From Candidatus Rokuibacteriota bacterium (GTDB lineage: Bacteria; Methylomirabilota; Methylomirabilia; Rokubacteriales; CSP1-6): a stretch of 64,000 nt of DNA. Both the position numbers and the translations under genes were made by a program. The notes under the pieces were generated by a model, which had not been told where the DNA came from, did no database searches, and saw only the letters and a list, made by a program, of their open reading frames with translations. The stretch spans positions 28 to 64,027 of the forward strand of contig JAHFDK010000013.1 of the NCBI GenBank assembly GCA_023249095.1. Reading direction: 5' to 3'. Shown piece by piece: positions 53,526 to 62,620 of this stretch; the stretch's first letter is position 1, and each line of letters begins with the position of its first letter.

Positions 53526-54500
53526 ATGAAAGCGATGCTTGCGCGCGCGTGGGGTGAGCCCGCAACGCTCGAGTACGCGGATGCCCCCGTGCCACGGCCG
53601 AACGCCGGCGAGGTCGTCATCGAGGTGCGGGCGATCGGTTGCAATTACCCCGACATCCTGATCGTCCGGGGCAAGTATCAGCACCGTCCGGAGCTCCCGT
53701 TCAGCCCGGGCTTCGAGGTGGCCGGGATCGTCCGTGGCGTCGGAGCCGGCGTCACCGAGGTCGGCCTCGGCGAGCGGGTCTTCGCGACGATGGCATGGGG
53801 TGGATATGCGGAAGTGGTGGCCGTCGATCAGCGCCACGTCTATGCCCTTCCCGACTTCATGACCTTCGAAGAGGGCGCCGTCTTCGGCCTCGCGTACCAG
53901 ACCGCGTGGTGCGGCCTCGTCCACCGCGCCGCGCTCCGGCGCGGCGAGACGCTGCTCGTCCATGCCGCCGCCGGCGGGACCGGGCTCGCGGCGGTGCAGC
54001 TCGGGCGAGCGCTGGGCGCAAAGGTCATCGCGACGGCCGGATCGACGGCGAAGCTCGAGATCGCGCGGGCCAACGGCGCTGACGTTTGCATCGACTACCG
54101 GACCGAGGCGTGGGTCGAGCGGGTGCGGCGGGAGACCCACGGCGAGGGCGCCCACGTCATCTTCGATCCGGTCGGCGGCGACGTCTTCGACGGCTCGACA
54201 CGGTGCATCGCCTTCGAGGGCCGGCTGCTCCTGATCGGCTTCACCGGCGGCCGCATCGCGGAAGCCGCCACCAACCGGGTGCTCCTGAAGAACTTCAGCG
54301 TGGTCGGCGTGCACTGGGGCCTCTACCGCCAGCGCGACGCGACGACGGTGCGGCGATGGATGGTGGAGCTCCTGAAGCTCGCCGATGCGCGCCAGCTCAA
54401 GCCCGTCCTCTGGCGGTCGTTCCCGCTGCAGGGGGCGCCGCAGGCCCTCGCCGCTATTGCCTCGCGCGAGAGCTACGGCAAGGTCGTCCTGATTCCGTGA
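53526..54500 (+). CDS. qor: NADPH:quinone oxidoreductase (MDR/zeta-crystallin family)
   Basis: 'GEVVIEVRAIGCNYPDILIVRGKYQ' and 'LLVHAAAGGTGLAAVQLGRALGAKVIATAGS'. Start moved to ATG 53526. Confidence 0.85.
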   Translation: MKAMLARAWGEPATLEYADAPVPRPNAGEVVIEVRAIGCNYPDILIVRGKYQHRPELPFSPGFEVAGIVRGVGAGVTEVGLGERVFATMAWGGYAEVVAVDQRHVYALPDFMTFEEGAVFGLAYQTAWCGLVHRAALRRGETLLVHAAAGGTGLAAVQLGRALGAKVIATAGSTAKLEIARANGADVCIDYRTEAWVERVRRETHGEGAHVIFDPVGGDVFDGSTRCIAFEGRLLLIGFTGGRIAEAATNRVLLKNFSVVGVHWGLYRQRDATTVRRWMVELLKLADARQLKPVLWRSFPLQGAPQALAAIASRESYGKVVLIP

Positions 54501-54928
54501 TCAAGCTCCTCGTGAAGCGCCTCGACCCGTTCGTGGCGCTGCCGGCGTACGCACACGAAGGTGATGCGGGGCTCGACCTCCACGCCGCCCACGACGTCAC
54601 GCTCGAGCGCAAGGGCCGCGCGCTCGTCGCCACCGGCCTGGCGGTCGCGATCCCCGCCGGGTTCGCAGGGCTCGTGTTGCCGCGCTCCGGCCTCGCCAGG
54701 ACGCACGGTGTGACGGTCCTCAACACGCCCGGGCTGGTCGACTCCGGGTATCGCGGTGAGCTGAAGGTCCTGCTCGTCAACCACGGCGAGACGCAGGTCA
54801 CGTTGCGGCGCGGCGAGCGAGTTGCCCAGCTCGTCATCCAGCGCGTGGAGCGGGCGGAACTGGTCGAGGTCAGCGAGCTGCCGACGAGCGAACGCGGCGC
54901 CGGCGGCTTCGGGTCGACGGGCGCCTGA
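54497..54928 (+). CDS. dut: dUTP diphosphatase
   Basis: 'AYAHEGDAGLDL', 'LVLPRSGLA', 'GLVDSGYRGEL' and 'ERGAGGFGSTG' are dUTPase motifs 1-5. The GTG start overlaps the qor stop (GTGA). Confidence 0.9.
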   Translation: MIKLLVKRLDPFVALPAYAHEGDAGLDLHAAHDVTLERKGRALVATGLAVAIPAGFAGLVLPRSGLARTHGVTVLNTPGLVDSGYRGELKVLLVNHGETQVTLRRGERVAQLVIQRVERAELVEVSELPTSERGAGGFGSTGA

Positions 54929-54964
54929 GAAGCGCGCCGGGCGCGCCTGAGAAGCGCGCCGGGC
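54921..54964. repeat. Perfect 22-bp tandem duplication spanning the dut stop codon
   Basis: 'gcgcctgagaagcgcgccgggc' occurs twice back to back (54921-54942 and 54943-54964). It contains the palindrome 'gcgccgggcgc'. Confidence 0.85.
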
Positions 54965-54994
54965 CGCGCCGGGGGTACGAAGGGGGCGGGGACT

Positions 54995-55168
54995 TCAGTA
55001 CCCACCCCCGGAGGAAATTTCGCAGCGTGCGCCGCGCCATACCCCGCCGGACCGCTCGCACTCCTGCTGCGCGGTCGCCGCCGGTGGCGTCGCCACACGG
55101 TCCGCGCAGCCAGCGAGATCTAGGACCAACAGCAAGGACCCGAACACCGTTCGCGTCGCCTTGCCCAA
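54995..55168 (-). CDS. Possible small lipoprotein (57 aa)
   Basis: From TTG 55168 the sequence is '(M)GKATRTVFGSLLLVLDLAGC|ADRVATPPAATAQQECERSGGVWRGARCEISSGGGY', with a classic n/h-region and lipobox L-A-G-C. The rest of the 150-aa track ORF overlaps the cyclase gene. Confidence 0.4.
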   Translation of the reverse strand: MGKATRTVFGSLLLVLDLAGCADRVATPPAATAQQECERSGGVWRGARCEISSGGGY

Positions 55169-55185
55169 ACGCCCCTCGTCGAGAG

Positions 55186-57321
55186 TCAATGCTGATCCTC
55201 CGGTGTCGCCTCCCGCCCGCGCGCCACGTAGTCGGCGACGACGGGCGCCGAGTCCTCGTCCAGCGAGGTGAACTGTACGCCAGCGGCCTCGCCGCGCCGC
55301 GAGACGATCGTGCCCTCGGCGACGATCCGGCGCGGCAGGCCGCCGCCTTCGAGCCGGATCTGAATCTTGCAGCCGACCTCCCACTCCGGCGGGACGCCGG
55401 CCAGCGCCAGCCCGCCCTCGCCGATGTCCACGGTGCGCACGCGGCAAACCCGCCCCTCACCGAGCGCGGTGAGCGTCGCGAGCGCCTGGAGCGCCGCGCG
55501 CGGGTGCTGGCGGACGCTGGCCGGCACGACGCCGTAGATCTTCACGGGCCGCGACTTGCCCTTGACGGTGACATCCCCCAGCACGCGGATCGGGAACCGG
55601 CCCTTCACGTGCTCGTAGGTGTACTCGCTGATGATGATCGACGCACCGTGGTCCTTCGTGGCGGACTCGAGCCGCGAGGCAAGGTTGACGTTGTCGCCGA
55701 GCGCGGTGTACTCGAAGCGCTGGCGTGAGCCGAGCGTGCCCACGAGCATCTCGCCCGTGTTGATGCCCACCCCGATGCGGATGGGCACGCCGAGCTTTTC
55801 CTGCCATCTGGCGGAGACGGCGAGCGCCCGCTCCTGAAACTCGAGGCCGGTCCGGATCGCGTTCAGCGCGTGCTCGGGATCCTCGAACGGCGCGTTGTAG
55901 AGCGCCATGATGCCGTCGCCCATGTATTTGTCGACCGAGCCTCGGTGCTTGAAGACGATCTGGGTCATCTCGGTCAGATACTCGCCGAGCATTTCCTCGA
56001 CCTGCTCCGGCTGAAGCCGCTCGGAGATCGACGTGAAGCCGCGAATGTCGGAAAAGAGCACCGTGGCCACGCGGCGGCGGGGGCCGAGGCTTTGCTCGTC
56101 GCGGGCGCGCACCAGCGCGCGCAGGACGTCGGGCGAGAAGAACGGTGACAGCCGGCGCTTGTAGAGTTGCGCGTGCACGAAATTCTCGACGACCGTCGCG
56201 CCGTAGCCGAGGACGAGGGCGAACGTACAGGCCACACCGCGCATCCAGACGTCGGCGAGCAGGAAGCCGGCATACGCGAGCAGGAAGCCTACGACGAACA
56301 GCACGACCGTGACCACCAGCGCGCGCAAGGCGTGGAGGCGGACGACGAGCGCCGATCCGGCCAGCGCGGCGACGACTGCGAGCGCGGTCGACAGAGGCTT
56401 CGGCACCTCGCGAATCGGGTCGCCCCGGATCAAGGTCTCGAGCGCGTTGGCGTGAATCTCGACGCCCGGCATGTCGCCGCCGCGGGCGAACGCCGTCGCG
56501 AAGACGTCATGCTGCACCTCGCTCGTGGAGCCGATCAGAACGATCTTGGCGCGGAACAGTCCCGGGGTCTCGCCTCTCACGACACGGTAGTACGGCACCC
56601 GCTGAAACGTCCTGGGCCCGCCGCGGAAGTTGACGAGGACCTCCTCGGCGTCGGGTAGTGGCCTCGTCGCGAGCCCCGCGGCACTCACCTGCCGATGGAG
56701 TTGCGCGTCGAACGCAAGCAACCATTCGTAGCCCTTCACTGGGTCGGGCACGGGCACCCGAACGGGGATCCGACGGACGTGGCTGTCGGGATCGGGAACG
56801 ACGGTCAGGGGGGCGACGGCGGCGGCGCCCTTGCGGATGACCGGCAGCGGCATGTTGGAAACCTCGCGCTTCGCGCCCAGGACCTTGCCGCCCACCGAGA
56901 CAAGGGGCTGGTCATCCTGCGCGCCGGCGAGACCGAGCACGACGTTGCCGGCGCGCGCGACCGCCGCGCCAAGGGCCTCGTCGTCCTTGGGTCCGAACAT
57001 CGAGTCGCTGTCGAAGATGATGTCGAGACCGATGACGAGCGGCCGGTCGGCGCGGATCCGGTCGATGAGCTGGCCGTGCAGCGCGCGGGGAAATGGCCAC
57101 TGGAGGCTCAGCTCCTGGAACGACGACTCGTCGATCGTGACGATGACGATCGGCGCGGTGGGCGGGCGGGCGCCGCGGAGCTCGAAGAGCTGGTCGAACC
57201 ACAAGTACTCCCACCGCTCGATTGGCCCCACGAGCACGAGCGCCACCACGAAGAGGGCGGCGCCGATGCCGCAGAGCTGCTTCCGGAGCAGATCCGTCAG
57301 ACGAGCCCCAACGCGCCCCAT
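55186..57321 (-). CDS. CHASE2 sensor, class III adenylate/guanylate cyclase, C-terminal PilZ domain
   Basis: CHASE2: 'IVIVTIDESSFQELSLQWPFPRALHGQLIDRI..PLVIGLDIIFD', followed by TM helices. Cyclase: 'VATVLFSDIRGFTSISE', 'KYMGDGIMALYNAP', 'IGINTGEMLVGTLGS', 'YTALGDNVNLASRLE'. PilZ: 'RQHPR' (RxxxR) and 'DIGEGGLAL' (DxSxxG-like). Confidence 0.85.
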   Translation of the reverse strand: MGRVGARLTDLLRKQLCGIGAALFVVALVLVGPIERWEYLWFDQLFELRGARPPTAPIVIVTIDESSFQELSLQWPFPRALHGQLIDRIRADRPLVIGLDIIFDSDSMFGPKDDEALGAAVARAGNVVLGLAGAQDDQPLVSVGGKVLGAKREVSNMPLPVIRKGAAAVAPLTVVPDPDSHVRRIPVRVPVPDPVKGYEWLLAFDAQLHRQVSAAGLATRPLPDAEEVLVNFRGGPRTFQRVPYYRVVRGETPGLFRAKIVLIGSTSEVQHDVFATAFARGGDMPGVEIHANALETLIRGDPIREVPKPLSTALAVVAALAGSALVVRLHALRALVVTVVLFVVGFLLAYAGFLLADVWMRGVACTFALVLGYGATVVENFVHAQLYKRRLSPFFSPDVLRALVRARDEQSLGPRRRVATVLFSDIRGFTSISERLQPEQVEEMLGEYLTEMTQIVFKHRGSVDKYMGDGIMALYNAPFEDPEHALNAIRTGLEFQERALAVSARWQEKLGVPIRIGVGINTGEMLVGTLGSRQRFEYTALGDNVNLASRLESATKDHGASIIISEYTYEHVKGRFPIRVLGDVTVKGKSRPVKIYGVVPASVRQHPRAALQALATLTALGEGRVCRVRTVDIGEGGLALAGVPPEWEVGCKIQIRLEGGGLPRRIVAEGTIVSRRGEAAGVQFTSLDEDSAPVVADYVARGREATPEDQH

Positions 57322-57412
57322 CCCCGCAACTCTATGCTAGGCCTGTCTGGCTCGCTACAGCCATTCGGCCGTCGGGGACACTGCGGAGCCCGGCTCAGCC
57401 TTCCTCCTGAGC

Positions 57413-58021
57413 TCAGTGTCCGCGATACCCCACGAGACCCGCGTCGAGCGATCGGCGGTCGACCCGTGACAGGGTCCGGATCATGCCGGCGGTGAGAAGC
57501 CGTGCGTGCGGAACGCCCAGCAGACGCTCGGGTATCCACCAGAGATCGGCGGTCATCCAGCCCGGGTGCTTCCGGTCGAAGCGCGCCAGATTGACCGGGC
57601 GCGAGTAGGCGCGCAGGGTCCGCTCGCCGCGCAGGTTGATGTAGCCCTCGAAGTAGCTCATCACCAGCTCCCGCACGCTCCGGTAGACGGGCTCGCGGTA
57701 GCGCAGACCCGAGAAGTTCGATTTCGCGATTGCGCCCCAGTGGCCGCGCAGCCTGTACACGGTGATCACGTGGTCGGTGTCTTGCACGGCCTCCAGATCG
57801 AGGAGCAGCGGTGGAAACCCGAGCGCACGGAGAGCGGCCGCGGCGAAGACAGCGCCCTCGAGATAGTGAGCGGTCCCGTGGCGCAGCACGCGTCTTGGTG
57901 ACCAGGCCGTGGTGGCGATGTGGTAGGGCATCGCCTCGAGCGCTCGCTGGATCCCGACGGGCGTCATGAGCGAGCGGAGCGCGCGCCACTCTCGCGGCGT
58001 GAAGCCGAACTCGCGACTCAT
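57413..58021 (-). CDS. Conserved hypothetical protein
   Basis: 'SPRRVLRHGTAHYLEGAVFAAAALRALGFPPLLLDLEAVQDTDHVITVY..GHWGAIAKSNFSGLRYREPVYRSVRELVMSYFEGY'. It looks like a conserved globular family, but I cannot name it with confidence. ATG 58021 chosen. Confidence 0.5.
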   Translation of the reverse strand: MSREFGFTPREWRALRSLMTPVGIQRALEAMPYHIATTAWSPRRVLRHGTAHYLEGAVFAAAALRALGFPPLLLDLEAVQDTDHVITVYRLRGHWGAIAKSNFSGLRYREPVYRSVRELVMSYFEGYINLRGERTLRAYSRPVNLARFDRKHPGWMTADLWWIPERLLGVPHARLLTAGMIRTLSRVDRRSLDAGLVGYRGH

Positions 58022-58277
58022 CTCTTCCGGCCTCCGAGTGGCCGCCCATCGTAGCACCGACCCGGCGCCGGCATCGTCTCGCCCTTCCCCGACGCAGGGC
58101 CGCTGGCGGGCCATGACACTGGGCTCCCAAACGTCCAGCGCCGCACTGTCACGCAGGTGACGCTGTCCGGGATCTTGCGACGCCGAGCCGACGCAGAACC
58201 ACAGGTATGGGGACAGGGCAACTCAAGAACAATCACGGGTTACGAGAGCGGCACGCGTTTTGCACCGCGCCGGCACA

Positions 58278-58459
58278 TGATCAACATTCACCGATTTCGA
58301 CGGCTCATAGGTGCTGCCGCACACTTGTGTCAGGTCGAGGCGGATCTCGTCGCGGCGGGCTACCCGGAGCTGGTCGGGAAGCTCGACGACATTCGCACCA
58401 AGATCGATCTGGAGATCTGCTGCCTCGAAGGCAGGAGCGAGCTGAGCCGGTCGTACTGA
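58278..58459 (+). CDS. Possible small ORF (60 aa) in an otherwise non-coding, lower-GC region
   Basis: 'MINIHRFRRLIGAAAHLCQVEADLVAAGYPELVGKLDDIRTKIDLEICCLEGRSELSRSY'. The 3' two-thirds have GC-rich third positions like real genes here. I recognise no family and see no clear SD. Confidence 0.3.
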
Positions 58460-58764
58460 CAACCGACGCACAGCGCCGAGCCGTCCCCGGGCCAAAACAC
58501 GATTGGCGTCACCGCGATCCGCAGCGGACTGATTGACAGCCGCGTCGCGCCACTAAATAGTCCACCCACAACCATCCGACCTGGCGCGACATCGAAAATC
58601 ACCCGGTCTGGGACGTGGACCGGAAATACAAGCCCATCAACTCTGTCGCCCCGTATTCGCACCTGTACGGCTGGCCTGCGCCCCCCGGACGAACGGATCC
58701 AGAGGCGATCCTCGGAGCTAGGCAGGGTTTTCCCGGGCTCCGGGATCGCCGCGGCTGGCGCGGC

Positions 58765-60369
58765 TCAGTACGACCAGGAGAGCATCAGCGTGTAGACGTT
58801 GCGGGTGTAGTCGAACACCGCGATGTTCGAGATGTTCATCGTCCTCTGGTACTCGGCGACCAGCGTGAAGCTATGGGGCAGGGGCAGCTCAGCACGCACG
58901 ATGTTGGTGATTTCTTGGTCCTGCCGTCGCGTCGTGCCCGGGGCCGTGGTGGGCAGCAGGCTGTTCTTGTACTGGTAGTTGCGGAAGTGGACGTCGAGGT
59001 CGTACTTGAGCCGGATGGCGAGCCAGGGCAGCGTGTACTGGCCGCCGGCGAGAACCCGGTTGCCCACGTACTCGTAGTTCTGTCCGACCGTGTCGTCCCA
59101 GTCGAACTGGTAGCCGAGCTTCACGTAGTGCCGGTCCTCCGAGAAGCGGACGAGCTGGGTCGCGCCGATCATCCAGTTGTTGGCGTCTCGGTTCTCCTCG
59201 GGCAGGTTGTCAATCACCTGGTTGAAGTTCTTGTTCTGATACCGCGCGAAGAGCTGGGTCAGGTACCGGTCGCTCTCGACGAGGCTGGCGAAGGCGCTCC
59301 CCGTATGCCGGAGCACGAACCACTTCTGGTCGAGGAAGAGCGCGTCGAACGCGTACTGCCCGCCGACGAGCAGCGGCATGTTGGCGACCGCGGTGCGGTA
59401 CGTGGCGCCCACGTTCCCCAGGTGGCTCATGATGTTGAACGACGGCAGGTCGTTGTTGTACGTGGTGAAGAACGAGTAGCCGATCGTCGCTTCCCACTGA
59501 TCGGTCCGGAGCCAGGCGTAGTCCGCGCGCAGTCCGAAGAGCTCGCCGCTCGACGTGGCCTTCACCCGCCGGAGCGCGGCGACGAGCGGCTCGCTGCTGT
59601 CGGCGTTCGGGATGACGGCAACGTCGTCGTCGTAGAAGAAGCCCAGACGCACCTCGGCCGACAGCCGGCGCTGGCCCTGGCGAGCGGCGACCATGGAATC
59701 GCGCAAGCGCTCGGCGGGCCCGGTGAATGCCGAGGCCGGCGCCGCCCGGATCGCCTGATCGATTTCGGCGGCCGCCTGCCCGGGCAGGCCGAGGACGCCG
59801 AGCGCGAGCCCGGAGTAGAACTTCGTCAGCTGCTGGAGGTCCGCATTGCTCGTGCGACCGGCGCGAAAAGCGTCGAGCGCGCCGCGATAGTCCTTCTTCC
59901 GGTAGCGCAGGAAGCCGACGTAGTACCCGAGGCCGTCGAGCGTCGGCTGTCTCCGAAACGCCTCCTCGAGCAGGGGCTGCGCCCGGTCGTACTGCTGCTG
60001 GGCGAAGTAGGCGAGCCCGAGTTGGAAGGCGATCGCCGGATCGGTCCGTGAGCGTGCCCGCGCCTTTTCCAGGAACGGCGCGGCCTGCGCCGGCTGGTCC
60101 TTGGCCATCAGCACGATGCCCGTCAAGTAGAGGGCTTCGCCGTGGTCGGGCTCCGTCTCCAGGGCCTTGCGGAGATTGGCGAGCGCCTCGTCGTACTTGC
60201 CATCCGAATATTCGAGCACGGCCTGGGCGACGTAGACGTCGGCCTCCGTGCTCTGAGCGAAGCCGTGCGTGGCAAGCCACAGCGGTGTGACAAGCACGAT
60301 GACAAGCGACAGACAAGACAGGCGCACCGAGCTCGGGGGCCGCCAGCGACTCGGACGGAGCGCGATCAT
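58765..60369 (-). CDS. Outer-membrane protein: N-terminal TPR repeats plus C-terminal beta-barrel
   Basis: A signal peptide precedes TPR-like repeats ('GKYDEALANLRKALETEPDHGEALYLTG', 'QQYDRAQPLLEEAFRRQP', 'KDYRGALDAFRAG'). After these comes alternating amphipathic beta-strand sequence ending in 'YTLMLSWSY' (terminal aromatic). Confidence 0.7.
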   Translation of the reverse strand: MIALRPSRWRPPSSVRLSCLSLVIVLVTPLWLATHGFAQSTEADVYVAQAVLEYSDGKYDEALANLRKALETEPDHGEALYLTGIVLMAKDQPAQAAPFLEKARARSRTDPAIAFQLGLAYFAQQQYDRAQPLLEEAFRRQPTLDGLGYYVGFLRYRKKDYRGALDAFRAGRTSNADLQQLTKFYSGLALGVLGLPGQAAAEIDQAIRAAPASAFTGPAERLRDSMVAARQGQRRLSAEVRLGFFYDDDVAVIPNADSSEPLVAALRRVKATSSGELFGLRADYAWLRTDQWEATIGYSFFTTYNNDLPSFNIMSHLGNVGATYRTAVANMPLLVGGQYAFDALFLDQKWFVLRHTGSAFASLVESDRYLTQLFARYQNKNFNQVIDNLPEENRDANNWMIGATQLVRFSEDRHYVKLGYQFDWDDTVGQNYEYVGNRVLAGGQYTLPWLAIRLKYDLDVHFRNYQYKNSLLPTTAPGTTRRQDQEITNIVRAELPLPHSFTLVAEYQRTMNISNIAVFDYTRNVYTLMLSWSY

Positions 60370-60443
60370 CAGGTCGAGGTCACGTCGCGTCCGCGCCTTC
60401 CGGAAATCTCCTCATAGGATCACACCTTTTAGCCGTCTTCCTC

Positions 60444-60472
60444 TTGACAGTTTAGAACAATGACGCGATCAT
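60444..60472 (+). promoter_or_regulatory. Candidate sigma70-type promoter of the FecR-like gene
   Basis: TTGACA (60444-60449), 17 nt, GATCAT (60467-60472), in an AT-richer divergent intergenic region 38 nt upstream of the ATG. Confidence 0.4.
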
Positions 60473-60510
60473 CCTCCGCTACTGTATTTCTAAAAACGTG
60501 AGGCTCCCGA

Positions 60511-62151
60511 ATGGTCAGATGGCGGAGACAGGGTCTGGCGTGGCTTGTTCTCGCCATCTACCTGCTCCCCGCGCCCGCGCTCGCGCAAAGCACGAAGGCC
60601 GGCGTCGTTACGACGCTCGAAGGTAACGTCACCGCCCTCCGTGCGGTCGCCCACCAATCCGTTCTCCTCAAGTTCAAGGACGACGTCTTCCTGCAGGACC
60701 GTGTCGTCACCGGCGAGCAGGCGTTCGCTCGCCTCCTGCTCGGCGGCAAGGCCGTCATCAGTATCCGCGAGCGCTCGGCGGTCACCATCACCGAGGTCCC
60801 CGGGCGCTCCACCGTCGAGATCGAGTCCGGGAAGATCGCGCTCAGCGTCGCCCGGGACCGCATGCTCCCGGGCGAGATCATCAACATCAAGACCCCGAAC
60901 GCGATCGCCGGCGTCCGCGGTACGGTCGTCGTCGCCCAGGTTACCTATCGCCTGGGCCAGCCGTTCACCAACCTGTGGGTCCTGCGCGGCATCATCGACG
61001 CCATCCATACCAACGTCACAGGCGCGCCGCTCAGCCAGCCGGTGCCCGTGGGAGAAAAGGAGTCGTTCAACGCCGACCAGGCGACGGCGACGAAGGGCGC
61101 GTTCACGCTGGAGGAGGTCGGTACGATCGTGCAGGGCCTCCAGCCACAGCAGACGCAGGATGTCGGCAGCGCCAGTCAGAGTCCCGCCCGCCTCGAAGCA
61201 GTCAACACCGCCTTGGCGCTGCTCGGCGCTCTTTTGGGCTCGGGCGGAGAGCAGCAGATGGCGCTGTTGACGGGCCCGCCCCCGCCGATCCCCGCGACCG
61301 AGACGACACCGGAGCAGACGGTCACCGTGGCGCCGATCACGTCGCTGAGCAACCCGATGACCGAACAAGTGCTCTCGGATCAGCAGAAATGCAGTCAGGG
61401 CGACGCAGGGGCGTGCGCGGCACTGGGACTCCCTCTCGCTCCGGGGACCCAATCTCCCTCTCCGGTGACACCTCCGCGACCACCAGCCGACACGTCGGTG
61501 CCGCGCGCCGAGAACGGCAGCGTCATCGACACGAATTCGAAGGGACTCCTGGACACTGCGCTCCTCGACGCCACCGCGCTGCTGATCGCCTTGACGGGGA
61601 ACGGCACGCGGCTGCAGACGAGCGGCAACAGCATCGACCTGGCGAACAACGCGCGCCTGCAAAGCACCAACGCACCCGAAGGACTCATCAGGCTCGAGAA
61701 CCAAGCGCGGATGGACGTGCTGGCCGGCCATCTCGTGAACGTTTCGGCCAGCCGGCTAAACGTCGCCGGTGACCTGGTGCGGATGGGCAACAATACGGTC
61801 CTGAACGTGGGCAACCAGGTCTTCAGCGGCGTGCTTCTCAATGTCCTCAACGGCGGCATCGTCAACATCAACGGAGCCCTCGTCAGCTTCACCGGGATCA
61901 ACGCGGCCATCAACGTCACGAACACCTTCACCCCGACGTCGTTCATCGCCGGTATTCCCGTCTCCATCGCCCTAGGCGCGAACGTCCGCATCGGCGCGGG
62001 GGCGCTGACCGGCCTCAACAGCAACGGGAACATCATCAGGATCAACGGCACGCCGCTGCCGACCGCGGCGACGGCGGCCTCCGGCATCACCGGCAGTCTC
62101 ATCAACGTCGGCGCCAACGGGACCGTCAGGATCGTCGGCACCCCCAACTGA
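60511..62151 (+). CDS. Secreted FecR-domain protein with a Pro-rich linker and a repetitive beta-helix-like C-terminus
   Basis: Signal peptide 'LAWLVLAIYLLPAPALA'. FecR-like region 'GVVTTLEGNVTALR...FKDDVFLQDRVVTGEQAFARLLLGGKAVISIRERSAVTI...IKTPNAIAGVRGTVVV'. The C-terminus is rich in N/G/V/L short repeats ('LNVGNQVFSGVLLNVLNGGIVNINGALVSFTGINAAINVTN'). Confidence 0.75.
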   Translation: MVRWRRQGLAWLVLAIYLLPAPALAQSTKAGVVTTLEGNVTALRAVAHQSVLLKFKDDVFLQDRVVTGEQAFARLLLGGKAVISIRERSAVTITEVPGRSTVEIESGKIALSVARDRMLPGEIINIKTPNAIAGVRGTVVVAQVTYRLGQPFTNLWVLRGIIDAIHTNVTGAPLSQPVPVGEKESFNADQATATKGAFTLEEVGTIVQGLQPQQTQDVGSASQSPARLEAVNTALALLGALLGSGGEQQMALLTGPPPPIPATETTPEQTVTVAPITSLSNPMTEQVLSDQQKCSQGDAGACAALGLPLAPGTQSPSPVTPPRPPADTSVPRAENGSVIDTNSKGLLDTALLDATALLIALTGNGTRLQTSGNSIDLANNARLQSTNAPEGLIRLENQARMDVLAGHLVNVSASRLNVAGDLVRMGNNTVLNVGNQVFSGVLLNVLNGGIVNINGALVSFTGINAAINVTNTFTPTSFIAGIPVSIALGANVRIGAGALTGLNSNGNIIRINGTPLPTAATAASGITGSLINVGANGTVRIVGTPN

Positions 62152-62206
62152 CGCGTCTCGGCCGAGCGTCATTCCTTCGGTTAGAATCGTGTCGGGAAGG
62201 GGGCGT

Positions 62207-62620
62207 ATGTCGACTGTCATCCGATCGCTGATGGTGGTCGCGTTCTCACTCGCCGTCATTCCGGCCGTGGTGTTGGCGCAGCAGCGGCCGCAGCCGGTCC
62301 CGGCTCAAACCACGCAGCAGCCGCCGGCGCGTCCGGCGATCCCGGCGCCCGCGGCCGACACGGCCGAGATCAAGCTGGACGAGTCCACGACGCTGAAGGC
62401 CGCCGCGCTCGAGGCGCGCATCTCCGCTGTGGTGGCCAACTTCGCGCTGTTGCAGCGGCAGGCGCAGGATCTCCAGCAGGAGATGACGAAAATGCTGGAG
62501 GAGCGCAAGACGCTGATCCAGGACGCGGGCAAGAAGGCCACCGTGGATGTCAAGGATCCCAACGAGTGGGCCTTCGACAACACGGGCCAGCGCTACCTGA
62601 AGGTGCGCCGTCCGCAGTGA
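62207..62620 (+). CDS. Secreted hypothetical protein (Pro/Gln-rich linker plus coiled coil)
   Basis: Signal peptide 'MSTVIRSLMVVAFSLAVIPAVVLA', 'QQRPQPVPAQTTQQPPARPAIPAPA', then a helical region. ATG 62207 follows 'ggaaggggg'. Confidence 0.5.
   Translation: MSTVIRSLMVVAFSLAVIPAVVLAQQRPQPVPAQTTQQPPARPAIPAPAADTAEIKLDESTTLKAAALEARISAVVANFALLQRQAQDLQQEMTKMLEERKTLIQDAGKKATVDVKDPNEWAFDNTGQRYLKVRRPQ

Noticed and set aside
54995-55447. The full 150-aa ORF antisense to and overlapping the cyclase 3' end
   Set aside because: Its upstream two-thirds overlap the CHASE2 cyclase coding region and are Arg/Gly-rich. Only the last 57 codons, with a lipoprotein signal peptide, are plausible, and even that is low confidence.
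58615-60051. 478-aa plus-strand ORF
   Set aside because: It lies antisense to the TPR-beta-barrel gene, which has clear TPR repeats and a C-terminal barrel signature, and its composition is a typical shadow frame.
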